59,508 nucleotides of DNA from Octopus bimaculoides (taxonomy: Eukaryota): contig NC_068982.1 of assembly GCF_001194135.2 (NCBI RefSeq), positions 47,359,733-47,419,240 on the forward strand, given 5' to 3'. Position numbers and translations under genes: made by a program. The notes under the pieces were generated by a model that worked only from the letters and a program-made list of their open reading frames with translations, made no database searches and was not told the DNA's origin. Of the stretch, positions 1 to 12,292 are shown piece after piece; position 1 is the stretch's first letter, and the number at the start of each line of letters is the position of its first letter.

Positions 1-46
<46 letters not shown>

Positions 47-56
47 TATATATATA
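1..56. repeat. (TA)n microsatellite
   Basis: Direct dinucleotide run at the window start. Confidence 0.95.
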
Positions 57-1560
57 ATGCAGTAGGATCAGGCGAATGATAGTGGTTAAAAGCAATTCGT
101 TAATCTCTAACATAGACATAGCCTCGTAAAGAAAACACGGATGACTCAATAATTCATCGACAAAATTTATTGCTCAATGCATCAAACACACTTTGTCTCA
201 TGTCGAGACTAGACAGAAAACTCCGATTAGATGACAGAAGCTATACAACTCCATTTTGGAAGCAATAAACATTGCTTATAATTCGATAAACAAATCTGTA
301 AATAAAAGAGATGGAAGAGTTAGAGCTGTTTTACTACAGCTGTTTCAAAAAACACTTTTTCATCAAGTACATACGGCTGTGTGGTTGAAAATAGTTCGCC
401 GCTGTAATAGAGAATGCAACAGAAACCAGACAAGCAGAAAGAATTTTAAAAAATGTGGGAGTGTAGACTGGAATCGGTAAAGAACAAACTGCGTGCCCTA
501 CTCACCGATTACCTTAGTAAGATAGATAAATAGATAGTGGTGTGGTGTGGTTTCATTTCGTTATCAACATACTCCAATTATTGTAGTGGCTACAGTCGAT
601 TATAATCTCATTAATGTATATATGGCGTCAATAATAAGTAGCCGGTGCAATGAAAACTGGAATATTTACTGCTTAGAATAGATTAATATAGCTAATAAAA
701 GGTCCTGTAGAGGGGGAAAAAACAGGAAGAGGAAAAATGAGGAAAATTACGAAGAAAAAAACAAAATGTATAAGGACAAAATAATGTGATGGCAATAATT
801 TTATTTGTATGCATACACGCATGCATATGCTAGTACACACACACACACAAATGTAACTTCGTAGATGTACGCATATGAAGCATATATATATATATATATA
901 NNNNNNNNNNNNNNNNNNNNNNNNNNNNNNNNNNNNNNNNNNNNNNNNNNNNNNNNNNNNNNNNNNNNNNNNNNNNNNNNNNNNNNNNNNNNNNNNNNNN
1001 NNNNNNNNNNNNNNNNNNNNNNNNNNNNNNNNNNNNNNNNNNNNNNNNNNNNNNNNNNNNNNNNNNNNNNNNNNNNNNNNNNNNNNNNNNNNNNNNNNNN
1101 NNNNNNNNNNNNNNNNNNNNNNNNNNNNNNNNNNNNNNNNNNNNNNNNNNNNNNNNNNNNNNNNNNNNNNNNNNNNNNNNNNNNNNNNNNNNNNNNNNNN
1201 NNNNNNNNNNNNNNNNNNNNNNNNNNNNNNNNNNNNNNNNNNNNNNNNNNNNNNNNNNNNNNNNNNNNNNNNNNNNNNNNNNNNNNNNNNNNNNNNNNNN
1301 NNNNNNNNNNNNNNNNNNNNNNNNNNNNNNNNNNNNNNNNNNNNNNNNNNNNNNNNNNNNNNNNNNNNNNNNNNNATATATATGTATACATGTCTCTTAA
1401 AGGATAGAGCTCAAAATCAATGCATTGAAGATACTTTATTGCAGCAACAATTATAATAACAGAAACAACCACAATAAGCCAAACCTATGCACATTTCAAT
1501 AGGGTATCCCGGAAAAATAAACCACATCATAAGATGTCTCGTAAAATATTGTAACAAATT

Positions 1561-1616
<56 letters not shown>

Positions 1617-1822
1617 TAGATAGGTACGTACGTACGTACGTACATACATACATATTCTTAGATATACACACGGTCTAGATACGAAATATGTATCTATATA
1701 CCCGTTGCACATGCATATGCTAAAAAAATTGAAATAAAATATTGATGTAGGTACATACATACATAGACATAAATCTTTACAAATGAATTCCACCGTAAGA
1801 TATAAAAGTAAAGGTATAATAT

Positions 1823-1870
<48 letters not shown>

Positions 1871-2304
1871 TACATACACACATGTATGTATGTATGTATG
1901 CATGTATGTATGATAGAAACATACATGCATGGAAACGTATACTGGCAGTTAATTAAAAGTAATGGCAGAAATAGCGAATCATGCGACAAAAAAGCTGAAA
2001 TGAGTCAGGTGAAGAAAGTTTCATGTATAGTTATAGACGCACAAATTTATTCACACAAAAAGCAAGCACACTCACAAATACGTACGTTCAGAGCTGTTAG
2101 GCAATAGCAAAACGAAGCATGAAAATATGTAGGTAGTAAATGATAGGATATAAGAAGGCTCGGGGTGGTTGGAGAGTAAACGAAGTAATAAGTTAGCTAT
2201 CAAGAGCGAAATGTACTGGAAGTGTAGTAATCTCAGACAGGTAGCATAGAGGAGTATTGTAGAGTCCAGAGTTTGATATAGTTGATTAAATTAAGTGAAA
2301 AAGG

Positions 2305-2512
2305 TGGCGAGCTGGCAGAAACGTTATCACGCCGGGCGAAACGCTTAGCGATATTCCTTTACGTTTTGATTTCAAATTCCGCTGAAGTCGACTTTGCTTT
2401 TCATCCGTTCGGGGTCAATAAATTAAGTACCAGTTGCGTACTGGGGTCGATCTAATCGACTGACCCCGCTCGCCAAAAATTTCGGGCCTTGTGTCTAGAA
2501 TAGAAAGGAATA
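2305..2512 (+). mobile_element. tRNA-derived SINE family A (octopus OR-type/CORE-like), tail type 1
   Basis: Head GGCGAGCTGGCAGAAACG (A box), TTCAAATTCC (B box), core GTCGACTTTGC..TTTCATCC.TTCGGGGTC..TAAATTAAGTACCAG, tail GGCCTTGTG.CTAGAATAGAAAGG. The same sequence recurs about 25 times in the window. Confidence 0.85.
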
Positions 2513-3451
2513 AAATTAAGAGAAAAGTCTACCAAGGAACATTATAATTACGTTAAATAGTATTAAATAGATAAAGGACGGGCCTAGAGGCGAGACAAGG
2601 CGAGATTTCTTACGAAATTTTCAGAAACTACAAATAAAAAGGGAGTGACATGAATTGTTTAAAGGGACTTGGGGGATGTAACAGAGAAAGGTATTGCGTA
2701 ATTTGTGTATACATCTAATGAATAGCCGTGTTGAGTCGTTCCATCTGTTGAACATAGAGATCCACGTTTCATGCGACTCCATTTAATTGAACAATGCAAT
2801 CATTACATCAATTTAAATGCATGCTATCCTCAGCTGCGTCACCGCGTGATATCTTGTACTTGATATCCTCGTACTGCATCACCTCTTGATATCCTGTTGC
2901 TTATTTTGATTTAATTCACCTTACTTTGAGTTGTACGGACAATACCAGACTGACTTGGTGCTTCAGCTTAAGTACTTAATTCAACCGAATCTCAATTATT
3001 TCTTATATATATATTCTTGCAAATGGACGCATGGCGTTCGATAATATAATAATACAAATGATATGTGAGCATATGCATATATACATACATACCTACATCT
3101 ACATGTATATATAGATGCATATTCGGGTACAGGATGTCAAAAAAACGTGGACAGAAAATGGGACGGGAACATAAACAAAGCACAAAAAAACGAACTTTTT
3201 TTACGGACAACAGAATGAACACAGGAAAACAGACAAGCCACATATGGAACTTTTCCTACATCACGTCCTGTACCCGGATATGCATCTATATATACATGTA
3301 GATGTAGGTATGTACATATATGTATGNNNNNNNNNNNNNNNNNNNNNNNNNNNNNNNNNNNNNNNNNNNNNNNNNNNNNNNNNNNNNNNNNNNNNNNNNN
3401 NNNNNNNNNNNNNNNNNNNNNNNNNNNNNNNNTATACACATATATATATAT

Positions 3452-3511
3452 AGCTTCGAGCTGACCAAAGCCTTGTGCGTGGATTTGGTAAACGGAAACT
3501 GAAAGAAGCCC
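3452..3511 (+). mobile_element. SINE family B 3' fragment
   Basis: GACCAAAGCCTTGTG.GTGGATTTGGTA.ACGGAAACTGAAAGAAGCCC matches the tail of the copies at 5381-5688. Confidence 0.75.
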
Positions 3512-3514
3512 ATT

Positions 3515-3772
3515 GATTGTCGGTAAAAAAAATGAAAACACTAAATCGGGGTTTCAGATATTTTTAGTACTTTTGGAGACTCAGTCGTGGCTGTGTGTAC
3601 GTAAGAAGCTTCTTCCCAACCAGATGGTGTCATCTCGTGGGACTGATCCCAGAACCATGTGGTTGGGAAGAGCTTCTTACCACACCGCCACGACTGAGTA
3701 TCCTAAAGTACTAAAAATATCTGAAAAGCCGATTTAGTGTTTTCATTTTTTATTTTTTTTTTACCGACAATC
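3515..3772. repeat. Long imperfect palindrome (arms about 115 bp) containing a SINE B head
   Basis: GATTGTCGGTAAAAAA..GAAAACACTAAATCGG..TCAGATATTTTTAGTAC..ACTCAGTCGTGG..GTAAGAAGCT..TTCCCAACCA.ATGGT is mirrored by its reverse complement from 3654 to 3772. Confidence 0.9.
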
Positions 3773-4590
3773 CCAGTTTTTCCTTTCACTTTTATCAGGC
3801 AGTTTACTTTACTTATTAGCGAAAAGTTCACAGAAAGCTGTACCACAAGACATTTATAGTATTTGACACTCAGCCATCCCAGCTGTAACGCAAGTAAGTA
3901 GTACATAAACAACTGACTATAGTATATACACTGAAAATAACTGGTCAGAACGGGTTTTAGAGTTCAAAATGTCTAGGTCACTGAGATATATATTACATGT
4001 GTGCCGACTGTCAGCTAGCTCTTCCGTCGTTTCATCCTCGTTTCATACTCTCAACTCAATTTCTCCCTTCTTTTCATGTACATCCGTCTCACTGTTGTTG
4101 CTATTAATCTTTCTACAACTCTCACTCCGCTACTGTTTTTCTCTTCTCACTTTCTCTCCTCCCACCACCACCACCTATCTCTATCGGTCTTTTTATAAAC
4201 ATTCGCTCACACACTCACATACACGCAAAACACCCGCTAGCGTACGCACGCGCTCACTCACTCACTCACTCACTCACGTTTATTGTTTGCTACTCACTCT
4301 CCTTTCCTATTTCTCTCATTGTCACTCTTTCTTCCTTCCTTATAGGCACCTCTGTTAACTGTTTTACTTCATCTCTACTCTACTCAAGAAATGCATCTGT
4401 TCATACGCGTATGTATGCAAGCGTGTATGTACGTATGTGTGTATGTATGTATGTATGTATGTATGTATGTATGTATGTATGTATGCATGCATGCATGTAC
4501 ACGCACGCTCACACATAGATGCACATACGTACAGNNNNNNNNNNATGCATGCATGTACACGCACGCTCACACATAGATGCACATACGTAC

Positions 4591-4631
<41 letters not shown>

Positions 4632-5380
4632 TTTATACTTATACAAGAATGTGGTTGACAGTGACTTCTTGTATGAGAATAATAAATTTGTACTCCACAA
4701 AAGTATAGAATAACCCATCAGATTAATGTAAAATTGTTTTTATTATAACTGAACATAAAAACAAACATTAATATAGACAGATATAGATATAGATAAATAG
4801 ATAGATATGTGTGTACGTGCGTATGTGTGTTTGCACGAGTGTGAATCTCGCGTTAGCATTAGTGAGGAAATTATAAAGTGCGACCACAAAATTCTGGGAG
4901 ACGACTTGTAATTCAGCCCTCGAGCAAATTTCAGCAAATTTTATGAAATCACAATACATATTTTTTATTTTCTTTTTTTCACTCGCACCTAGACCTTCCC
5001 TTTATATACATGCGCCATTTCAACAGAACGTTCTTTTCATTGATCTTGACATTCCAGAAACTATCCGTTCCTTTCTCGGCACTTCCTCACCTGTTTGTGC
5101 TTGCACCAATTCAACTGAGGTGTTTATTTATTTATTTATTTATTTATCTATTTATTTATTTGTTTGGTGGATACAAACTTTAATCAAGCGGTACTTTTTG
5201 GTTATCTCACCCCATTAAAAAATTGCCATTAAAAAACTGGGTTATCTTCCCACTAAAAAATTGAGTTTATGTGGCGACAAGAGATTGCATTAAAAGAGTT
5301 AAGTCATTTTGATTCAATACTTCAACTCATTGTTGACGTTTGGTCTCCTCAATAGGCATGGTGTGATTTGTTATAAAAAT

Positions 5381-5688
5381 GTGACTGTGTGGTAAGTAGC
5401 TTGCTTACTAACCGCATGGTTCCGGATTCAGTCTCACTGTGTGGCACCTTGGGCAAGTGTCTTCTACTATAGCTTCGAGCCGACCAAAGCTTTGTGAGTG
5501 GATCCGCTAGACAGAAACTGAAAGAAGCCCGTCGTCTATATGTGCTTGAGTACGTCTACCAAATCCACTCACAAGGCTTTGATCGACCCGAGGTTATAGT
5601 AGAAGACCAAGATGCCACGCAGTGAGACTGAATCTGGAACCATGTGACTGGGAAGCAAGCTTTTTACTACACAGCCACGCTTGCGCCT
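5381..5688. mobile_element. Two SINE family B copies in tail-to-tail inverted orientation
   Basis: Plus copy 5381-5540 (GTGACTGTGTGGTAAG..GGTTCCGGATTCAGTC..GGCACCTTGGGCAAG..GAAACTGAAAGAAGCCCGTCG) and minus copy about 5553-5688. Confidence 0.85.
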
Positions 5689-5724
5689 ATCATATGTAAA
5701 CTGTGCACATGTTGTTTACAGTCA

Positions 5725-5855
5725 GTTAATCGACTCCGAAAGGATGAAAGGCAAAGTCGACCTCAGCGGAATTTGAACTCAGAACGTATCGGCAGACGAA
5801 ATACCGCTAAGTATTTCGCCCGGCGTGCTAACGATTCTGCCAGCTCGCCGCCTTA
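5725..5855 (-). mobile_element. SINE family A (head plus core)
   Basis: Reverse complement of the head/core at 2305. Confidence 0.85.
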
Positions 5856-6724
5856 ATTGCTATTTTAATTCTTCATAGTATTTGAATAAAATCTGACTTT
5901 ATATTTCCCAGTAACTTTTTCCCTGACTAAGATAGTGACTTTTCCTGTAATATTCTTTCCCGTGACATTTTTTTTTTAACACCTGATATTCCACCGCTTT
6001 ACGATCTGAAAAGGATTTCTTGTCTATCATCATTGTTAAAGCTTAATTTCTANNNNNNNNNNNNNNNNNNNNNNNNNNNNNNNNNNNNNNNNNNNNNNNN
6101 NNNNNNNNNNNNNNNNNNNNNNNNNNNNNNNNNNNNNNNNNNNNNNNNNNNNNNNNNNNNNNNNNNNNNNNNNNNNNNNNNNNNNNNNNNNNNNNNNNNN
6201 NNNNNNNNNNNNNNNNNNNNNNNNNNNNNNNNNNNNNNNNNNNNNNNNNNNNNNNNNNNNNNNNNNNNNNNNNNNNNNNNNNNNNNNNNNNNNNNNNNNN
6301 NNNNNNNNNNNNNNNNNNNNNNNNNNNNNNNNNNNNNNNNNNNNNNNNNNNNNNNNNNNNNNNNNNNNNNNNNNNNNNNNNNNNNNNNNNNNNNNNNNNN
6401 NNNNNNNNNNNNNNNNNNNNNNNNNNNNNNNNNNNNNNNNNNNNNNNNNNNNNNNNNNNNNNNNNNNNNNNNNNNNNNNNNNNNNNNNNNNNNNNNNNNN
6501 NNNNNNNNNNNNNNNNNNNNNNNNNNNNNNNNNNNNNNNNNNNNNNNNNNNNNNNNNNNNNNNNNNNNNNNNNNNNNNNNNNNNNNNNNTAAAGCATCAG
6601 TATGGCAACAATATTTGACAATAAAGATAAAATTAATTCATTTGTTTAAGAAGCGACTCCGGACAATTTTATTTATTTAATTATTAATCCTTTTATTTAT
6701 TTATCCGTTTATTTATTTATTTGC

Positions 6725-7212
6725 ATAGATCTGAAGTAATGCTTAAAATGGAACGCTTTTTGAGAGTGTAGGTTGGCAGTCAAGCATAACGTAACTTGCC
6801 AGTAAATACAAAAGTCATTCAAGCAAAAGTTAAAAGCTTGTATGACGATTTGAAAAAAAAAATAAATAAAAATGAAGGAACAATTTTTCCTTGCTATTTT
6901 GCTGGGGGTTTTTGTTGTTTTTTTTTGTTTTTTTGTAAGTAAAGGATGATTTGAAAGTTTCAAAGGTGTCTTTAATTTGCACAACAGTAAAATTACAGGC
7001 GAATCGGCTAGTGGTGATAAAGAAGGTGCTACTCATATACTGAAGAAAATTATAACTGAAGGAGACTATACATTAGAACATGAAACTGAGTTTTCTCTTC
7101 AAGACCATACCAACTAGGATTTATATTTCTGATGAGTTAAAAAAAATCAGCAAGAGGTATTAAAACTTCAAAAATCGTCTGACGCCTCCTGAAGAAATGC
7201 TGCTGGTGACAT
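6725..7212 (+). pseudogene. Tigger/pogo-family transposase remnant (CENP-B HTH to start of DDE_1 domain)
   Basis: Disrupted translation NTKVIQAKVKSLYDDLK..KG*FESFKGVFNLHNSKITGESASGDKEGA..LKKIITEGDY matches the Tigger1/TIGD1-type motif KGWFxxFKxRxxLxNxKITGExASAD. It has stops and frameshifts. Confidence 0.8.
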
Positions 7213-7389
7213 CACACACACACGCACACACACACACACAAAGGTGTTTCATTTAGTATCTTAAGCTTAATCTACCTGTGGTTTGGCGTTCAAAGAAGCC
7301 TTTGAATGGCTCAAGTCTTTTCTAAATCTGGTTTACTAGTTTACAAACGTTTTTGCCAGGTTGAAGAGAGGTACAATGCCCGTTGTAAT

Positions 7390-8225
7390 ATTGACTTCAA
7401 GTTTTGGCACAGGGCCAGCAATTTGGGTGAGGAGGTAATTCGATTATATCGACCCACTGCACAACTGGTACTTATTTTGTCGACCCAAAAGAATGAAAGA
7501 CAAAGTCGACCTCAGCAGGATTTGAACTCAGAACGTTAAGTCGGAAAAAATGCCACTAAGTATTTTTACCGGTATCGTAATGATTCTGCCAGCTTGCCCG
7601 TTGAAATATTGGTTTCAAGTTTTGGCACAAGGCCAGCAGGTTTTGGAGGAGGGGCTATGTCGATTAAATCAACCTCAGTGTTCAACTGGTGCTTATTTTA
7701 TCGAATTCGAAAGGATGAAAGGCAAAGTTAACCTCGGCGGAATTTGAAGTCTGAGCGTAGAGACGGACGAAAAATCACTAAGCGTCTTGTTCAACGTGTC
7801 TACGATTCTGTCATATTTGTTTTTATGTCAAGTTACAATAAAAACAATGACGTTAAAATGAAGAATTATGCAACACTTTTTGTGGAGTACATATCTATTA
7901 TTCTTTAGCGGAACTTGAACTCAGACTGTACTGACAGACGAAATGCCGCTAAGCATTTCGCACGGCGTGCCCTCGATTCGGCCAGCTCACTGCCCTATAT
8001 GCACGTTGTAATAATATCAGGCATGGGAAGGCCGCGAGCAAAATAAATGTTTTGCAGCAATTCATCCGTCTTTACGATCTGAATTCAAATCCACCGAGGT
8101 CGACTTTGCCTTTCATCCTTTTGGGATCAATTAAATAAGTACCAGTTGAGCACTGGGGTCGTTGTAATGGACTTACCCACACCTCCGAACTTTCTGGCCT
8201 TGTGGCAAAATTTGAAACCAATATT
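7390..8225. mobile_element. Cluster of four SINE A copies: 7390-7600(-), 7612-7815(-), 7905-7995(-), 8060-8225(+)
   Basis: Repeated core GATGAAAG.CAAAGTCGACCTC.GCGGAATTTGAACTCAGA and its reverse complement. Confidence 0.85.
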
Positions 8226-8349
8226 ATCAGGTATGAGCAATCTTTTTTCGAGAAGCCGGCAGCAGGAGGCATGGATCATCATCTGGTGAGCTGCACTACT
8301 AAAAACAATTCAAGATAATAAGTACCAGCTGGAAATGAGTTTGTTGTTG

Positions 8350-8712
8350 TTGGCACTCCATCGCTTACGACGTCGAGGGTTCCAGTTAATCCGATCAACC
8401 GAACAGCCTGCTCGTGAAATTAACGTGCAAGTGGCTGAGCACTCCACAGACACGTGTACCCTTAACGTAGTTCTCGGGGATATTCAGCGTGATACAGTGT
8501 GACAAGGCTGACCCTTTGAATTACAGGCACAACAGAAACATGAAGTAAGAGTGAGAGAAAGTTGTGGTAAAAGAGTACAGCAGGGTTCGCCACCATCCCC
8601 TGCCGGAGCCTCGTGGAGCTTTAGGTGTTTTCGCTCAATAAACACTTACAACGCCCGGTCTGGGAATCGAAACCGCGATCCTATGACCGCGAGTCCGCTA
8701 CCCTAACTACTT
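8350..8712 (-). mobile_element. tRNA-derived SINE family C
   Basis: Minus-strand head GTTAGGGTAGCGGACTCGCGG..GGTTTCGATTCCCAGACC, tail ends in (CAA)n. Second copy at 44885-45292. Confidence 0.8.
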
Positions 8713-8779
8713 ATATATTCACTTGCTTAGACGTCACTGAAACCGGGATCAGTTCTGGCCGAATGACTTGTAAGCTTGA

Positions 8780-9160
8780 AACAGACTTTTTAACTTTGCC
8801 ACTCATTACCAGATTAGGTCCACTTGTGCTTTTGAGCGGCACATCGGGCAGTCAGTAATCGTCAACTATCTCCGTCTCTGGTCAACTGGTATGCTTCTTC
8901 TCAGGTGATGTTCAGTCTGCGTAGGTCTTCTTCGAAGGTACTACGCCCTGTCTTCCTTGGCCGGCCTCTTTTTCTCTTACTTTCCAACAGCATCCATCCC
9001 ATAGCTGTTTTGGCAAGCCTCTCCTCTGGCAGTCTTAATATGGGTTCAGCCATTCTCACTCGTCGTTCAGTTACAATTGCATGCAGGAGCCTCTCTCTTG
9101 CTGCTTGGGGAATGGCTTGATTTGTCACTCTGTCTCGATAAGTGATTCTTAATAACGTAA
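8780..9160 (-). pseudogene. RTE-clade non-LTR retrotransposon 3' fragment (post-RT C-terminus)
   Basis: LLRITYRDRVTNQAI..IVTERRVRMAEPILRLPEERLAKTAMGW..KRKRGRPRKTGRSTFEEDL matches the RTE C-terminal pattern ILRIxWxDRVTN..RRLRxAGHxLR..RGRPxKTWxxTxxEDL. Confidence 0.8.
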
Positions 9161-9585
9161 CACAGTTATCTGTTTCTTTACATGAGTTTGTAAGTCACAG
9201 TCGTAACTGCATCATAATATGCTCATCAAGCTCGCTGGAAGAAAAACATGATGCGTGTTTCAGAACTTCAGATGACTGGATTATATAAACATGACATAAT
9301 ACACGAAATAACCTGTAGCCTATAAACGCACATAAAGTAACAGTTGATTGTATGACACACGTTTCATGTTGGTGGGGTTTTTTTCTTCTTTAAATGTTAA
9401 AAGCAACCAGCAGTAATATTTAATGTAAAAGGACTCGACAGAAGTATAGAGTCTAAATAATTTATAAATCACAGAATTAGTGAATGATTCGGACGACAAA
9501 TCTGCAATGTCGCAATCACTTAGTATTTCTGATTAATAAATAAATTATGCATGGACGTATGTACGCACACGCGCGCGCGCACATG

Positions 9586-9642
<57 letters not shown>

Positions 9643-9681
9643 NNNNNNNNNNNNNNNNNNNNNNNNNNNNNNNNNNNNNNN

Positions 9682-9930
9682 CCACCACCACCACCACCAC
9701 CACCATCATCATTATTTAACGTCCATTTTCCAAGCTGGCATGAGTTGGACGGTTTGACTGAAAACTGGTAAGCTGGGGAGCTGCACCAGGTTTCAATCTG
9801 ATTTGGCATGGCTTCCTAACAACTGGATGCCCTTCCTAATGCCAACCACTCCAAGAGTGTAGTGGGTACTTTTTACGTGCCACTGTCACGGGTACCAGTT
9901 ACGATATACCGGTATCAGCTACGACTGCCA
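9682..9930 (-). mobile_element. RTE LINE 3' UTR (family D) ending in a (GAT)n tail
   Basis: Reverse complement of GTGGTTGGC.TTAGGAAGGGCATC..AAACCGTCCAAC.CATGCCAGC..GGACGTTAAA.GATGATG. The longer copy at 35505-36065 links this tail to an RTE ORF end. Confidence 0.75.
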
Positions 9931-9951
9931 TCTCACTTGGCTTTGGATGTA

Positions 9952-11069
9952 CAGTACCCTGCAAAAGCCTTCGACCACTTTAAACTATTGTAATTTTTTA
10001 CTAATTGCCAGCTTATAAGTGGATGTTTCGCACTGCGATTTTTACAGATTAAACATTGGCCCTGTTGGAGTCATTTCCATACCTAATCATTATATTTTGT
10101 AGTAGGGGTTCTGAATGAGAGAGGAAGATGCAAGACGATCACCAAAAATAACCGTGCAAAAGTTTTCGGCCACCTCGCATAAACCAATCAAGATACATTG
10201 TTTTAAAACAGAAAAATGTCTATAATGAAAATTTATTACATAATGTTCATTTCAAGAAGTTATTGATCATTGTTAATATTTCGTGTGGCTTCCTTTAGCT
10301 TGAATAATTGCTTCAATGCGCCTGGGAAGAGATGCATACAAATCCTTCACCATCTTCACGGGTATGAGATGCCATGCTCTATGGTTGAGCTCCCACAACT
10401 CTTCAAGATTGCGTGGATTCTTCTGACGAACTCTTCTCTTTAGTTCAATCCACGTTTGCTCGATAATATTTAAGTCAGGGCACTGAGCTGGCCAATCTTT
10501 CAATACGGTAACACCTTCATCAACCAGACTCTGTTGTGTTGCACGCGATCTGTGGCATGGAGTTCCGACATGCTGAAAAATCTCACCTTTATCTAAGTCT
10601 AGTATCAAATTGTCCTTCAACAACTGGATGTATTTGGCACTATTCAAGTTACCGTCAATTTCAACCAACTTTCTTGAACCATTACTTTTCATGTATCCCC
10701 AAAGTATCAAACTCTTATCCCCCCCCCCAAACTTCACTGTTATCGTCGTGTAACGTGGGTCATTTCGCTTTCCTAGAGGTCTTCTGACAAATTCTCACTT
10801 ATTAGACATTTTTCTGTTTTAAAATACTGTATCTTGAACGGTTTATATGAAGTGTCTGAAAACTTTTGGCCATTTTAGGTGGTCGTCTCGCATCTTCCCC
10901 TCTCATTCAGAACCCTTACTACAAAATATAATGATTAGGTATGGAAATGACTCTAACAGAGCCAATGTTTCATCTGTAGAAATCGCAATACGAAACATCC
11001 ACTTATAAGCTGGCAATTAGTAAAAATTTACAATAGTTTAAAGTAGCCGAAGACATTTTCATGGTACTA
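9952..11069 (-). mobile_element. Tc1-family DNA transposon, internally deleted, IR/DR-type long TIRs (about 270 bp), TA TSD
   Basis: TA|CAGTACCCTG...CATGGTACTA|TA. TIRs 9952-10225 and about 10799-11069, each with an outer and an inner direct repeat (CCCTGCAAAAGCCTTCGACCAC / CCGTGCAAAAGTTTTCGGCCAC). Confidence 0.92.
10273..10785 (-). pseudogene. Tc1 transposase catalytic C-terminal half (HTH and first Asp deleted, second Asp mutated to Val)
   Basis: VRRPLGKRNDPRYTTITVKFGGG..WGYM..FQH(V)GTPCH..WPAQCPDLNIIEQTW..LPRRIEAIIQAKGSHTKY. Confidence 0.9.
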
Positions 11070-11640
11070 TATACCATGTGTACGAGTGTGTATGTGTGAG
11101 CCCGCGCGTGTGTAACTAAATCTGGTGTTATATGAAGACATAATCATTGCAGTGGTTAATGTCAATGACAGTGTCAACTAAGGGAACGGGAGGAAGAAAG
11201 AGAGAGAGAGAAAGAGGAAGAGAGAGGTGGGAGGGAGACGGCAATAAATAAAACTCACTATCTCCATTATCACTATCTCGTTTAGCTTGGCTTTATAAAG
11301 CAATAAACCATGTTTGTACTGTCTTCACTGGACCTGCTCCAACTCACTTGCTTTTAGTTTGATTCACCGAGATGAGCTTTCATTTCATTTATTTTATTCT
11401 TCTTCTTGTTAACATTGTTTTGTTATTTAGTTTTTGTCTTGTGTCTTATTGTCCTATGTTTCTTTATATTTCGTCTTTTCCTTCATTTTTGTACGTTTCC
11501 CGCGTCGATTTTCTCTCGTGTCTCTTACTTTCTCCTATTTTCTCTTTCTTCTATTTCTGCTAGTTCCCCATTTTCATATCTTGTATTTCCATTCGTCTTC
11601 TAAGACCCTGTTATCCCCTGTTGTCAACGTCGTCCTCGTC

Positions 11641-11642
11641 GG

Positions 11643-11673
<31 letters not shown>

Positions 11674-11740
11674 CTTCTTCTTCTTCTTCTTCTTCTTCTT
11701 CTTCTTCTTCTTCTTCTTCTTCTTCTTCTTCTTCTTCTCA
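11641..11740. repeat. Compound (GTT)n-(CTT)n microsatellite in pyrimidine-rich tract
   Basis: Direct reading. It explains the poly-V/L/F/R ORFs. Confidence 0.95.
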
Positions 11741-11934
11741 TCGTTATTATTGTTAGCATTCTTCCTGTCCACTTGCCCTTTATTTATTTTTGCTTTCTTC
11801 TTCTTAGCCTTAACCTTCTATTTTTTCTCCTTCACCTCTTTTTTTAACCCCACTTTCTATATATTTTTTTCCTTTTTTTATTGTCACATCTGCTGCAATA
11901 ATCATATTTGTGTCATTTGTGCTAGATTACAACA

Positions 11935-11971
<37 letters not shown>

Positions 11972-12287
11972 CACATATATGTATGCATACATATATACAT
12001 ATATAGTTTTCAGTGCGCAATTTTCATTTTGTTTATATATTTATTATAAACTCTTTTTTAAAGTTTATCTTTTGTTTTATCATAATATTTATTTTTCACA
12101 GATTGGTGTCTCCTTCAATTTCTCTACCTCTTTCTCCTTAAGTCTCCCCCATTGAAGAGTAACAGTAGTGAGCGTGCAATGAGAAAGAGAAGAGTCATAG
12201 GGGCAAAAAAAAAAAAACTGCGGGAGGAGTAAATAGCATGAGAGAGAGGAAAGTGGAGAGAGGAATAGAGAGTGGGGGCGGAGAGAG

Positions 12288-12292
<5 letters not shown>

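Noticed and set aside
801-1472. Long ORFs spanning N runs (also about 6033-6680, 18738-19467, 27907-28695, 35928-36987, 41251-41870)
   Set aside because: They are open only because N codons are not stops; the flanks are microsatellite translations.
2305-2400. tRNA genes suggested by A/B-box motifs (here and at other SINE heads)
   Set aside because: They are SINE heads followed by SINE core and tail; no complete cloverleaf.
4487-4592. Exact 48-bp direct repeat across a 10-N gap
   Set aside because: Typical overlapping contig ends left unmerged; an assembly artefact.
11372-12049. Hydrophobic multi-TM-looking ORFs (poly-V/L/F)
   Set aside because: Translations of (GTT)n/(CTT)n and T-rich low-complexity DNA.
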